A stretch of DNA of 64,000 nt from Polyangiaceae bacterium. GTDB taxonomy: Bacteria > Myxococcota_A > Polyangia > Polyangiales > Polyangiaceae. The notes below the pieces were generated by a model that saw only the letters and a list, made by a program, of their open reading frames with translations, was not told the DNA's origin and searched no databases. This document shows, in pieces, positions 18,555-27,021 of the stretch. Location: contig JBNKBE010000013.1 of assembly GCA_050287085.1 (NCBI GenBank), positions 32,001 through 96,000 of the forward strand. The letters are read 5' to 3'. Within the stretch, counting starts at the first letter, position 1. Each line of letters begins with the position of its first letter. Position numbers and translations under genes: made by a program.

Positions 18555-18745
18555 TTATTGTCCGTCCTCGGACTTCTCGTCGCCCGCAAGACGTGTACCG
18601 CTCCAACCTCTGGACCGAAAGAACCACAACATCGCTGCCAGCATCGTCAGCATCACCCCCCAGAACGCCACGTAGCCGTACCGCCATCGAAGCTCGGGCA
18701 TGTTGTATGGGGACATCGGGAGCGAAGTTTGCGCAATATCCCCGA
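18555..18745 (-). pseudogene. corA: 3' remnant of a CorA Mg/Co transporter
   Basis: Degenerate GMNF loop (GYCANFAPDV, other frame) followed by SPYNMPELRWRYGY and the last TM helix..FRSRGW; no N-terminal domain. Confidence 0.75.
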
Positions 18746-18896
18746 TCGATATGATATTGAGCCGCTCCAAAGCCCTCTTCGCTGGGCGAGACGCGCGGCA
18801 AGTCGAGCCCCTCACCCCCCAACCCCCCAAAGCCTGCTTGCCCGGGCGGCGTCCGCCTGGGCCCGCGACAAGGGCGTGTAGCTCTCCAAAGTCGGT

Positions 18897-20015
18897 ATGG
18901 CCGAACCCCTCAAGCTGTTCTTTTCCCCGGAGCTCGTCGCTCGCTTGGCCGACGACTTGGCTCGAGCCGAGCCAACGTTTCCTCGAGCCGCCTTTGCCCA
19001 ACAGGCCGCAAACGGTCTCGACAACTTGGAGCTGATGGAACGGGGAAAACACATCGCCCAAGCGTTGCGCGACCACCTGCCCGCGGAATACCCGAACGCC
19101 ATCGCCATACTCCTACGCTCCTTAGGGGCAGAACACGCCAGCGACGAGCTCGAAGGCCTGGGACTGGCACCCTTCTTCTACTTGCCCCACGTAATCTTCG
19201 TCGCGGAGTGGGGAACCGACGACTTCGACCTGTCCTTCCGCGCGCAGCACGAGCTCACGAGACGCTTCACAGCAGAATTCAGTATTCGTGCGTTCATAGA
19301 AAAAGATCCCGAGCGTACTCTCAGTCAGCTCAGAGCCTGGACGCAGGATCCAAACCCACACGTCCGTCGTCTCGTCTCCGAGGGCACCCGCTTGCGCCTG
19401 CCGTGGGCCCGGCGCGTGCCTTGGCTGGACGCGAACCCGACGCGCGTCGTTGAGCTGCTCGAGCTTCTGAAAGACGACCCAGCGCCGCTGGTACGCCGCA
19501 GCGTCGCCAACAACATCAACGATCTGGCAAAGGCGGATCCGGAGTTGGCCGTGAGAATCTGCCGGCGCTGGTCAAGTGCGGCGTCCAAGGAACGCCAGGC
19601 GCTCATTCGCCACGCCCTCCGTTCGCTGATGAAAAAGGGCCACAGCGGCGCGCTCACTTTGCTCGGAACGGGCGCCTCCCCGCAGATCACTGTTGGGGCC
19701 CTCAAGCTATCCGCAAAGACCGTCCCACTGGGCGGAGAGCTTCGCTTCTCTTTCGCAATACGCAGCACCGCGGCACGTGCGCAGTCCCTCGTCGTCGACT
19801 ACGTTGCTGGCCTGGTGGGCGCCCGCGGACAACTCCGTCCCAAGGTATTCAAACTGAAACGACTGAACCTGGCAGCTGGGCAGAGTGCCACTTTTGAGGC
19901 GAAGCTCTCCTTCGCTCCAATGACAACGCGCAAACACTATCCGGGACGGCACGAGCTCGGCGTACGCGTCAACGGCGTTACCTACCCGCTCGGTGACTTC
20001 AACGTGCACGCCTAG
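18897..20015 (+). CDS. alkC: AlkC-type HEAT-like-repeat DNA alkylation repair glycosylase with C-terminal Ig-like domain
   Basis: ELTRRFTAEFSIRAF, HVRRLVSEGTRLRLPW, VRRSVANNINDL, KVFKLK, TTRKHYPG. Confidence 0.85.
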   Translation: MAEPLKLFFSPELVARLADDLARAEPTFPRAAFAQQAANGLDNLELMERGKHIAQALRDHLPAEYPNAIAILLRSLGAEHASDELEGLGLAPFFYLPHVIFVAEWGTDDFDLSFRAQHELTRRFTAEFSIRAFIEKDPERTLSQLRAWTQDPNPHVRRLVSEGTRLRLPWARRVPWLDANPTRVVELLELLKDDPAPLVRRSVANNINDLAKADPELAVRICRRWSSAASKERQALIRHALRSLMKKGHSGALTLLGTGASPQITVGALKLSAKTVPLGGELRFSFAIRSTAARAQSLVVDYVAGLVGARGQLRPKVFKLKRLNLAAGQSATFEAKLSFAPMTTRKHYPGRHELGVRVNGVTYPLGDFNVHA

Positions 20016-20068
20016 AGGCAGTTGTCCCGCGCCGAAACCTGTGGCAAGACGAGGCCGTTTGCCCATGG

Positions 20069-21376
20069 CTACCGTGGAGCGTCCCCCGCCGCAGCTTGCG
20101 AGCCACGGCGGCTCTCAAGCCTCAATGCCGCCCATCCGGTAGGGAGCGCGAAAGCAAGCCCCGCTAGGAGTCCAAAGCCTCCGCCCATAGCAATGCGGTG
20201 CCATGCGGATGCGGAGTCCGCGGGCAGCATCGCCCCGAGCATGTCGAGCGGTAGCGCTAGGGCCCAGCCCAACATCGTGGCGAAGCTCCAAGCGCGCGTC
20301 CCACGCACGCGGCGCCCCAACTCCAAACGCTGGAAGAGCGCGATCAGTCCCCCGCCCAGCGCGCCTCCAACAGCGCTGAAGAGCAACACCGCACCCAGCG
20401 CAGGTTCGGGTGCGGGCTGGATGCCCGTCGAAGGCCCAGCGAGGAAAGTAGATGGGGCCATCCCAAGCGCCCATCCCAGCATGGCGGGGAGCGCCGTATT
20501 GCGGGCAAAAGTCCCCACTCGCAGTGACGGAACAACACGTTTGAGCATGGAGCCTTGTGCCAGCCCGATGAGTCCACCTTCGATCAAGCCGATCGTGAGA
20601 AAGAGGGCAAACACCAAGAGCCTTGCCGCCGTAGTCTCCGGCTCACCCATAATCTGGAACAAGCCCACGCCAGCCGCCGCAGCAAGTCCAATCCCCACGA
20701 ACTCAGCCAGAGCGCAGCGGACGAGCCACAAACCCCAGAACGCACCGGGTCGCGGCGTTGAGAAGACGAAGAAGCTCGGCCCCGCCTGCTGCCGCTCGGC
20801 AAGTTCGACCAAGGCGTGCGCCAGGTCAGCGCGAGCGCAAGCATCCAGAAATCCGATGACCGTCTGCTCAACAACCGCTGGACCCAGCGCAGCTCGCGGG
20901 CCGTCGCTCAGCCGAGGCGGTCGAACAAGCGTTACGTCGAGCCCACTTCGGAGAAGCTCATCTTCCAGAATGTGTCGATCGGCGCGCAGGGCGCGGATGC
21001 TGGACATCCGGATCATGCGGCGGTAGGCCCATCCAAGAAAGCGCTCCTGGGCCTGCATCGCCCCGGTCACGATCACAAGTCGCGAAACCTGACTTCGCCT
21101 CATCGCTGTCACCAAGACCTCCGCCATGCGGGAGTCCTGGTCGGGCGCGGTGCCTCGCGAGGGCCCCACCGCACAGATCACCGCGTCCGCGCCGCGACAT
21201 AGGTTCGCGACCGCCTCCACGTCGAGGGCATCCCCCTCCACAAGCGCTACGCGCTCCGGCAGCGGAGCCGGGCTGCGCAACAAGGCCACGACATCATGGC
21301 CGCGCGCCCCTGCTTCGTCGACAACACGTCGCCCCGTCCGTCCGCCTGCGCCTAAGACTGCCAATTTCACGTCCAC
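20069..21376 (-). CDS. NAD(P)H-binding (flavin-reductase-like) domain fused to a multi-TM domain
   Basis: LGAGGRTG Rossmann motif, TLVRPPRLSDG; about 6 hydrophobic helices after residue ~210. Confidence 0.75.
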   Translation of the reverse strand: MDVKLAVLGAGGRTGRRVVDEAGARGHDVVALLRSPAPLPERVALVEGDALDVEAVANLCRGADAVICAVGPSRGTAPDQDSRMAEVLVTAMRRSQVSRLVIVTGAMQAQERFLGWAYRRMIRMSSIRALRADRHILEDELLRSGLDVTLVRPPRLSDGPRAALGPAVVEQTVIGFLDACARADLAHALVELAERQQAGPSFFVFSTPRPGAFWGLWLVRCALAEFVGIGLAAAAGVGLFQIMGEPETTAARLLVFALFLTIGLIEGGLIGLAQGSMLKRVVPSLRVGTFARNTALPAMLGWALGMAPSTFLAGPSTGIQPAPEPALGAVLLFSAVGGALGGGLIALFQRLELGRRVRGTRAWSFATMLGWALALPLDMLGAMLPADSASAWHRIAMGGGFGLLAGLAFALPTGWAALRLESRRGSQAAAGDAPR

Positions 21377-21458
21377 AGCCTACGCCACAATCCATCAGAA
21401 GCCGCCGTCCGCGTGAATAATGGTGAAAAGGGGCCAAGCGATGTCTGGGCTTGCTGCC

Positions 21459-21477
21459 TGTAACTTGTTCGGTTACA
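21459..21477. promoter_or_regulatory. Perfect inverted repeat TGTAAC-N7-GTTACA, candidate response-regulator site
   Basis: Lies between divergent genes; the same motif occurs twice at 24488-24526. Confidence 0.75.
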
Positions 21478-21487
21478 TGGTAGCTAG

Positions 21488-23017
21488 ATGGGCCACGCAA
21501 ACGGGCCAGTAGCAGCTGCAATAGCAAACGAGCCCGCGTCGCCGCGTTTTATCGGACGGCAGTTGGCGCTTGGCTTTGGCTCGGTGAGTCTTGTCGCCAT
21601 TGCGATGTGTGCGCTCCTGGTATGGGTGATTCAAGACGTGGCTGGCTCGGTAGCCTCGATGCGCCACGACGAGGCATCCATCCGCCAGGGTATGGAGCTT
21701 TCGGCCGCAGTGCGAGGAATGGCGCTGCACATCGCCCAGTCACTGCTCGAAGGCGATAGCTCACCTCCTAGGCGCTACGAACTGGCCCGCGACCGGGTGC
21801 GAGAGCGTATCCAAACGTTGGCAACGCGCATTCCGAAAAGCGAGCGGCACCGCTTGGTAGCGCTCGGCAATACGACGCAGCACATGCATGAACTGCTGAT
21901 AGCCTCAGCGTTGCCGGCGGCGCGCCGCGGCGACCTCGAAACGGTACGAGCCGTGCACCGAGAGCTCGACCACTTGGGCACGGACGCCGCACGTCAAGCA
22001 GATGCCTTAGCTTCGCTCACGACTCGCCAGATGGCGTATGCGCATGACGATGCAACCAGCTCAACGCGGCTCGGCTTGTGGGGCGGTGGCCTGTGTGCGG
22101 TTCTCATCGTCGTTCTGTCCGGCCTGTTCACCCACCGACTCCGAAGCGTTGTGCTAAGGCCCCTGCAGGCCTTGACGGATGCCGCCCTCCGATATGGCCG
22201 CGGCGAATTTGCTTTTCGAGTCGGTAGCGTTGGCAAAGGAGAATACGCAACCCTCGGGGCTGCATTCTCTCATATGGCGGATGAACTGGCGACGCGCGAA
22301 GCCAAGCTGCTGCACAATGAAAGAATGGCAGTGCTTGGACAGCTTGCTGCGGGCGTCGCCCACGAACTCAACAATCCAATCGCGATTATTCGCGGCTATC
22401 TGAAGACCATGAGCCCCACGGAGGATCCGGCAACGCTGGGTGAAGAGCTCGCCATCCTGGACGAGGAAGCGGGTCACTGCCAACGCATTGCCGACGATCT
22501 TCTCAGCTATGCCCGCGTTGAGGATCTCGTTCTAGATGCGCTCCCCATCAAGAGCTTCCTGGAGGAAACGCGGGAACGCTACCAGGTCTCCACGGGCGCC
22601 GCACCCATCGAGCTCGTGGCGGACGAAGCAATAGTCCGCGTCGACCCGGCGCGACTGCGACAGGTGCTCCTGAACCTGCTACACAACGCAGCACAAGTCT
22701 CCCCCCCGGAAGCGGCGGTTCGGATCCACGGTCGCCTTCGCGCGGGACAATATCAGCTCGAGGTGCTCGATCAGGGGCCCGGGGTCGCAGACGTCGACAA
22801 GCAGCGGATATTCGAACCCTTCTTCAGCAACAAGAAAGGCGGAACGGGTCTTGGTCTCGCCGTATGTCAAGGGATCATCAACGCCCACGGAGGTCGCATC
22901 GAGGTCGACGACGCCCCCGGCGGGGGTGCGCTATTTCGCCTCGTACTCCCCCTCGACTCCCGCCAGGCGCCACCGGCACGAAGCGTGACGGAGCCGAGCG
23001 ACGGAGACCTGCCATGA
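21488..23017 (+). CDS. HAMP sensor histidine kinase
   Basis: Two TMs, His-rich periplasmic region, H-box GVAHELNNP, N-box NLLHNA, DQGPG, GGTGLGL. Confidence 0.95.
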   Translation: MGHANGPVAAAIANEPASPRFIGRQLALGFGSVSLVAIAMCALLVWVIQDVAGSVASMRHDEASIRQGMELSAAVRGMALHIAQSLLEGDSSPPRRYELARDRVRERIQTLATRIPKSERHRLVALGNTTQHMHELLIASALPAARRGDLETVRAVHRELDHLGTDAARQADALASLTTRQMAYAHDDATSSTRLGLWGGGLCAVLIVVLSGLFTHRLRSVVLRPLQALTDAALRYGRGEFAFRVGSVGKGEYATLGAAFSHMADELATREAKLLHNERMAVLGQLAAGVAHELNNPIAIIRGYLKTMSPTEDPATLGEELAILDEEAGHCQRIADDLLSYARVEDLVLDALPIKSFLEETRERYQVSTGAAPIELVADEAIVRVDPARLRQVLLNLLHNAAQVSPPEAAVRIHGRLRAGQYQLEVLDQGPGVADVDKQRIFEPFFSNKKGGTGLGLAVCQGIINAHGGRIEVDDAPGGGALFRLVLPLDSRQAPPARSVTEPSDGDLP

Positions 23018-24492
23018 GCCAACAGCGCCCCACGCTACTGATAGTGGACGACAAGAAGAACATGACCCGCCTGATGGCCAAGGTCATGAAGGACGATGCG
23101 CAGGTTTGCGCGGCTCACAACGGGGCCGACGCCCTTCGCATCCTCGCCAGCCAACACGTCGACGTTGTTCTATGTGATCTCAAGATGCCGGATATGGATG
23201 GCCTCGACGTCTTGCGCGCCTGCCGCAAGCTTCGGCCCCGGGCCGAATTCGTCCTGATGACAGCCTATGCTACGGTCGGCACGGCAGTGGAAGCGCTCAA
23301 GCTGGGAGCCTACGACTACCTCAGCAAACCGTTTGAACCGGCTGCTGCCCGTGGGGTATTGCTACAAGCCCTATCGCGAGCGCGCCTAGCGGGTCCCAAA
23401 GAAGACAGCTCGTTAGAGGTACTGCCCGGGGTTATCGCACGCTCTCGCATCATGCAGGAACTAGCGGAGTTCGTGCAGCGCGTGGCCGAGAGCGATGCGA
23501 CAACGCTGCTCCTGGGTGAAAGCGGCACGGGAAAAGAACGCCTCGCTCGCGCCGTACACGAGCTCTCCGCTCGCTCCGCCAAACGCTTCGTTGCCCTCAA
23601 CTGTGCAGCCGTCCCCGCGGATTTGATGGAAAGCGAGCTCTTCGGGAGCGCCAAAGGCGCGTTCACGGGCGCGACAACCGACCGCAAGGGGCTCTTCGAA
23701 GAAGCACACGGAGGCAGTCTGTTTCTGGACGAAATTGGCGACATGCGTCCGTCGCTGCAAGCCAAACTCACCCGCGCACTGGAGGAACGAGCGGTGCGCC
23801 GGGTCGGAGAAGCCAAAGAGCGCTCCGTTGACGTGAGGCTCATCGCCGCCACGCACCGCGACTTGGAAGCGATGGTCAAGAGCGGAGCGTTTCGAGAAGA
23901 TCTGTGGTACCGCCTCAACGTCGCCCTCGTCGCGGTCCCCCCGCTTCGGGAGCGGAAAGAGGATATCTCACTGCTGGCCCACTATTTCCTCAAGCACTAC
24001 GCAGGGCGAAACCATGGGCAAGCGATCCGGGGGTTTTCGCCGTCAGCGATGCAAGCACTGAACGCATTCGACTGGCCTGGCAACGTGCGGCAGCTGCGTT
24101 CGGCGGTGGAGCGCGCCTGCGTCGTGGCACGCGCAGATGAAATTGACCTTGCCGATCTCCCCCCCGAGGTGTCGCGCGCGATGACACCCCCCAACGACGA
24201 CCCGTCGCTCCTCCACGGCACTTGGGCGCAGGCGCTGGAACGGGGTCGAACGGACGCCGGCAAGCGATATCTCGAAGGGTTGATGGCGCACTTCCAGGGG
24301 CAGGTGGCTGAAGCCGCCGCCCACGCTGGCGTCGAACGGGAGAGCTTCTACCGCCTGCTGCGGAAGCACGGCGTTGACGCCGCCGTGTTTCGCGCCCTCG
24401 CAAGCACCAAAGCGCAGGTAGCCTCTGGCTCGGCTCCCGACATGCGGCGAAAAACAGTCCCTCCCGCCTCTATTCGCCCCCAGAAGCTGTAA
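23014..24492 (+). CDS. NtrC-family sigma54-dependent response regulator
   Basis: Receiver (IVDD..CDLKMP), GESGTGKE, GAFTGA, FLDEIG, FREDLWYRL, WPGNVRQL, C-terminal HTH. Confidence 0.96.
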   Translation: MSQQRPTLLIVDDKKNMTRLMAKVMKDDAQVCAAHNGADALRILASQHVDVVLCDLKMPDMDGLDVLRACRKLRPRAEFVLMTAYATVGTAVEALKLGAYDYLSKPFEPAAARGVLLQALSRARLAGPKEDSSLEVLPGVIARSRIMQELAEFVQRVAESDATTLLLGESGTGKERLARAVHELSARSAKRFVALNCAAVPADLMESELFGSAKGAFTGATTDRKGLFEEAHGGSLFLDEIGDMRPSLQAKLTRALEERAVRRVGEAKERSVDVRLIAATHRDLEAMVKSGAFREDLWYRLNVALVAVPPLRERKEDISLLAHYFLKHYAGRNHGQAIRGFSPSAMQALNAFDWPGNVRQLRSAVERACVVARADEIDLADLPPEVSRAMTPPNDDPSLLHGTWAQALERGRTDAGKRYLEGLMAHFQGQVAEAAAHAGVERESFYRLLRKHGVDAAVFRALASTKAQVASGSAPDMRRKTVPPASIRPQKL

Positions 24493-24526
24493 CCTACTCC
24501 GTCACTTCGTGACCCGGAAGGTTACA
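24488..24526. promoter_or_regulatory. Tandem enhancer sites (2 x GT(A/G)AC-N7-GT(T/C)AC)
   Basis: TGTAAC-CTACTCC-GTCACT followed by CGTGAC-CCGGAAG-GTTACA. Confidence 0.75.
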
Positions 24527-24588
24527 AAGCGCTCCCCTTCGCTCCGAAGCTTCGCCGAGGAACGATAACATTTCAGCAGCTTGCACTA

Positions 24589-24605
24589 CAGGCATACATA
24601 TTGCT
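24589..24605 (+). promoter_or_regulatory. sigma54 -24/-12 promoter of the cupredoxin-cusBA operon
   Basis: CAGGCATACATATTGCT = GG-N10-GC with TTGC at -12. Confidence 0.8.
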
Positions 24606-24658
24606 TCTGCCGCACGTAGACCGCCGAGCCACGGCGCTTAGAGCATCCTGGAGGAGCC

Positions 24659-25072
24659 ATGAAACTACACCTTGCCCTAATGACAACGACCCTGATCGTT
24701 TTCAGTGCCTGCGACTCAAGCCCTGCGGGGGCGGCCAAGCCCGGCGCTACCAGCGATACACCGACCGACGAGGCGTCTGGCGAATCCCAAGCGGGCGCAC
24801 CCCAGCGGCGCATCACCGTCGCCGTGTCCGCCTCTGGCTACGAGCCAAGCACCCTGGAGGCGCCGGCCGGAAAACCTCTCACGCTCGTATTTCGACGCAC
24901 CACCGAAAAGGGGTGCGGCCAAGAAGTTGTCTTTCCACAACATGACATTCGTCGCAAACTGCCGCTCAATGAGGATGTCGAGATAGTGCTTACGCCCAAA
25001 GTGAACGAGCGCATCGCCTTCACCTGCGGGATGGGCATGTTTCGCGGCAGTGTGGTTGCCGTCGCGCACTAG
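24659..25072 (+). CDS. Cupredoxin-domain lipoprotein (CupA-like)
   Basis: Lipobox VFSAC; GYEPS, GCGQEVVFP, FTCGMGMFRG; RBS GGAGGAG. Confidence 0.88.
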   Translation: MKLHLALMTTTLIVFSACDSSPAGAAKPGATSDTPTDEASGESQAGAPQRRITVAVSASGYEPSTLEAPAGKPLTLVFRRTTEKGCGQEVVFPQHDIRRKLPLNEDVEIVLTPKVNERIAFTCGMGMFRGSVVAVAH

Positions 25073-25125
25073 GGCGAGCGTCATCAGATCGAACTTCACT
25101 AGCTCGAGCGCAAGCTGGAAACTCC

Positions 25126-27021
25126 ATGGCTAAAAGCGATTTGCCGAAGGCGGCCTCACAACTCAAACGCTGGCTGAAAGTTCGCTCGGGGCACGTGCTT
25201 TGGTTGTTCGCAGGCATTGTTTTGGGCGTCGCCCTCGGCGCCGCCAGGTGCAGCGGCCCCGCAAAGGAAACGCACCACGCGGGGGAGGACTTGGCCAGTG
25301 CCGAGCAGACCGTGTGGACGTGTTCAATGCATCCACAGATACGCCAGCACGAGCCGGGTCAGTGCCCGATCTGCGGAATGGACCTCATCCCCGTGAGCAC
25401 TGCGACCGCGGGAAGCAGCGACGCAAACTCGGGTCGCGTCATGCTTTCGGATCGAGCTCGAGCCCTGGCGAGACTCACCACAACGGCAGTTCACCGGCAG
25501 AGCGACGCGGTAGCAGAGCTCCGTCTGCTCGGACGCGTAGAGCCCAACGAAACGACGCAGAAGACGGTCACCGCATGGACTGGGGGCCGCATCGACCGGC
25601 TACAAGTAAACGCTACAGGAGAACGCATACGTGCGGGGCAAGTTCTCGCAACCCTGTACAGTCCCGAGGTGTATACCGCACATCAAGACTTGCTTGTGGC
25701 CAAACGCCAAGTGGCCCGCCTGCAAGATAGTCCGGAGGCGACACAGCAGGCCGCTAGCTCCGCCCTAGAAGCCGCTCGCGAACGACTGCGTCTACTCGGG
25801 GTGCCGGACGATGCTCTCGCGCGAATGGAAAGCGAAGAGCGACCGACACGAGCTGTGCAAATCCGCACCCCGTTCTCGGGCACCGTCATCGAACGGCTGG
25901 CAAGCGAAGGCTCATACGTGTCGACCGGTACTCCCCTGTACCGCATCGCAAATCTGAATACGCTTTGGGTTCAGCTGGACGCATACGAAAACGACCTATC
26001 CCGCATCTCGCTCGGGCAGTCCGTTCGGATCTCGGTGGACGCCCTACCCGGGGAGGTATTCGAAGGAAAGATCACATTTGTCGAACCGACACTCGATACA
26101 TCCCGGCGGACTGCTCAAGTTCGCGTGCAGGTAGACAATCGAGACGGCCGCCTGCGCCCCGGCATGTTCGCAGAGGCCACCGTTGCGGCGGCGGAACCCG
26201 AAGGCGAACCAAGTCCACTGGTTGTACCCGCCACAACGCCGCTATTTACCGGACGCCGCGCCCTCGTCTACGTCGAGGTCGAAACGGGTGATCGGGTGGC
26301 CTACGAGCCACGCAGCGTGCGACTCGGCCCTCGTCTGGGCGATGTGTATCCCGTAGTAGCTGGGCTTTCGGAAGGGGAGCGCGTCGTGACTCGGGGCGCT
26401 TTTGCGCTGGACGCAGACCTCCAGATCCGCGGTGGGCCGAGCATGATGGCGTCTTCGGACGATTCGCAAGCCGGCGCGTGGGATGACGTTATCCATCTCG
26501 CTCCGGCGGAACGGCAGCTCCTCTCGCCCGTTGTCGCCGCTTACCTAGACGTTCAAGGCGCCCTTGCCGATGACGACCTGCCGAAGGCCAAAACGGCCGC
26601 AGCGGCGCTAGCGCGTGCGGCCGGTCTGGTTGAGCTGAAGCGCCTTCGCGAAGCGGAAAAGGCCTGGGCCGAGCTCGCGACCGCACTGAAAGGTCATGGC
26701 CAACATATCTCGAGCGCTGAAAACCTGGAACAAGCACGCGAAGGATTTGAACCTCTCAGCAAGGCGCTGATCGCCTTGCTGACCCGCTTCGGCAACCCCC
26801 TCGATCGCTCCGTGCACCTGGCCTATTGCCCCATGGCCTCAGGCAGCGATGGCGCGCTCTGGGTACAGGAGCCGGCGGAAATCGACAATTCTTACTTCGG
26901 CGCATCCATGCTCACGTGCGGTGAGATCCGTCAGGAGGTGACTCCCGGCGGATACCTCAGTTTGCCCCCAACCGTCAGTCCTAGTCCAAACGCCGCAGCG
27001 CCTGGAGGGCACGTTCATTGA
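25126..27021 (+). CDS. cusB: Cu/Ag RND periplasmic adaptor with heavy-metal-binding and DUF3347-like domains
   Basis: WTCSMHPQI..CPICGMDL, LYSPE, LRPGMFA, C-terminal YCPMA..NSYFGASMLTCG. Confidence 0.9.
   Translation: MAKSDLPKAASQLKRWLKVRSGHVLWLFAGIVLGVALGAARCSGPAKETHHAGEDLASAEQTVWTCSMHPQIRQHEPGQCPICGMDLIPVSTATAGSSDANSGRVMLSDRARALARLTTTAVHRQSDAVAELRLLGRVEPNETTQKTVTAWTGGRIDRLQVNATGERIRAGQVLATLYSPEVYTAHQDLLVAKRQVARLQDSPEATQQAASSALEAARERLRLLGVPDDALARMESEERPTRAVQIRTPFSGTVIERLASEGSYVSTGTPLYRIANLNTLWVQLDAYENDLSRISLGQSVRISVDALPGEVFEGKITFVEPTLDTSRRTAQVRVQVDNRDGRLRPGMFAEATVAAAEPEGEPSPLVVPATTPLFTGRRALVYVEVETGDRVAYEPRSVRLGPRLGDVYPVVAGLSEGERVVTRGAFALDADLQIRGGPSMMASSDDSQAGAWDDVIHLAPAERQLLSPVVAAYLDVQGALADDDLPKAKTAAAALARAAGLVELKRLREAEKAWAELATALKGHGQHISSAENLEQAREGFEPLSKALIALLTRFGNPLDRSVHLAYCPMASGSDGALWVQEPAEIDNSYFGASMLTCGEIRQEVTPGGYLSLPPTVSPSPNAAAPGGHVH

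Noticed and set aside
18555..19076. 173-aa intact CDS
   Set aside because: It combines alkC antisense sequence with the corA tail; treated as a pseudogene fragment.
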